In this document: in pieces, positions 31,704 through 32,000 of the stretch | Layout of the letters: the number at the start of each line of letters is the position of its first letter | How positions within the stretch are numbered: the stretch's first letter is position 1 | From: Candidatus Saccharimonadota bacterium | GTDB taxonomy: Bacteria > Patescibacteriota > Gracilibacteria > UBA4473 | Direction of reading: 5' to 3' | Length of the DNA: 32,000 nt | NCBI GenBank assembly: GCA_020632335.1 | Contig: JACKFV010000001.1 | Location: forward strand, 330,001-362,000 | The notes under the pieces: model-generated | Database searches by the model: none | What the model saw: only the letters and a program-made list of their open reading frames with translations | Told to the model about the DNA's origin: nothing | Made by a program: the position numbers and the translations under genes

Positions 31704-32000
31704 CTAGTTTGCCCGGTACTGTATCTGCAGGTTTTTGCCGTTGTAGTCGCGGTCTATGCTCTCGGCCAGCAGCGGCTGGAGGTTGGGGGGGAGCATCTCC
31801 TGCAGCTGGAGGAGGAACTGGAGGGATTCTTCACTGGTGGGCAGCGCACGCAGCAGGTCGCTCATGGCTCGTATTTGCTCCAGCTGGAGGGGACTGGTGA
31901 GGATCTGCCCCACGGCCTGCTGCAGGTACTGCTGCTGCAGGTACTGGATGTCTGGCCACTGGCTCAAGCTCACCACCTGCTGCAACTGCCCCAGCACCAC
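31704..32000 (-). CDS. C-terminal part of a Gln/Leu-rich hypothetical protein (5' end beyond the window)
   Basis: The frame is open to the window edge and the GTG 'start' at 32000 is an edge artefact. The gene lies upstream of clpP, but no recognisable trigger-factor sequence is present. Confidence 0.5.
   Translation of the reverse strand: MVLGQLQQVVSLSQWPDIQYLQQQYLQQAVGQILTSPLQLEQIRAMSDLLRALPTSEESLQFLLQLQEMLPPNLQPLLAESIDRDYNGKNLQIQYRAN

Noticed and set aside
31704-32000. Calling the partial ORF upstream of clpP trigger factor (tig) on synteny grounds
   Set aside because: The 98 visible residues are Gln/Leu-rich and show no trigger-factor C-terminal pattern that I recognise. Synteny alone is insufficient.

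Overview
GC-rich bacterial chromosome segment with three visibly AT-richer patches (about 9940-10400, 16260-17100 and 28341-30990). The main point is that the ORF track misses the largest gene in the window. The minus-strand frame whose codons end at coordinates congruent to 1 mod 3 is open from ATG 9952 (or 9931) to position 2. It has no stop inside the window, which is why the caller skipped it. It encodes at least 3317 codons of a signal-peptide-bearing surface protein with Big-like beta domains, an S/T/G linker with 60-nt periodicity, cysteine-containing thrombospondin-type-3-like calcium-binding repeats and a coiled-coil region. The plus-strand ORFs listed over 71-9526 are antisense shadows of this gene. 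Downstream context: two small plus-strand ORFs, then a minus-strand lipoprotein and a membrane-anchored TraD/VirD4-like P-loop ATPase, with no other type IV secretion parts in view. Next come rpmA; divergent rpsU and prmC; tRNA-Ala(GGC); a six-helix half-MFS protein; tRNA-fMet, tRNA-Ala(UGC) and tRNA-Ser(GGA). These are followed by a secreted Cys-rich protein with Kazal-like and Kunitz/BPTI-like spacing, and by rpsG, rpsL and rpoC, with no rpoB upstream and no fusA/tuf downstream. Then come an M32 carboxypeptidase and a 909-aa anchored surface protein (Big, Ca-repeats, FN3, TM). After these come tmRNA plus tRNA-Lys(CUU). Directly after the tRNA lies an AT-rich island holding a 5'-truncated large serine recombinase and a symmetric IS1-family element with 375-bp inverted repeats. 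The window ends with clpP and a partial ORF. A recurrent regulatory pattern stands out: TTGnnn, 15-18 nt, TAnnnT, then exactly 6 nt to the ATG at eight genes. This implies mostly leaderless mRNAs, and operon-internal genes lack Shine-Dalgarno sequences. No CRISPR array and no rRNA were seen. All domain calls come from reading motifs by eye; no database search was run.
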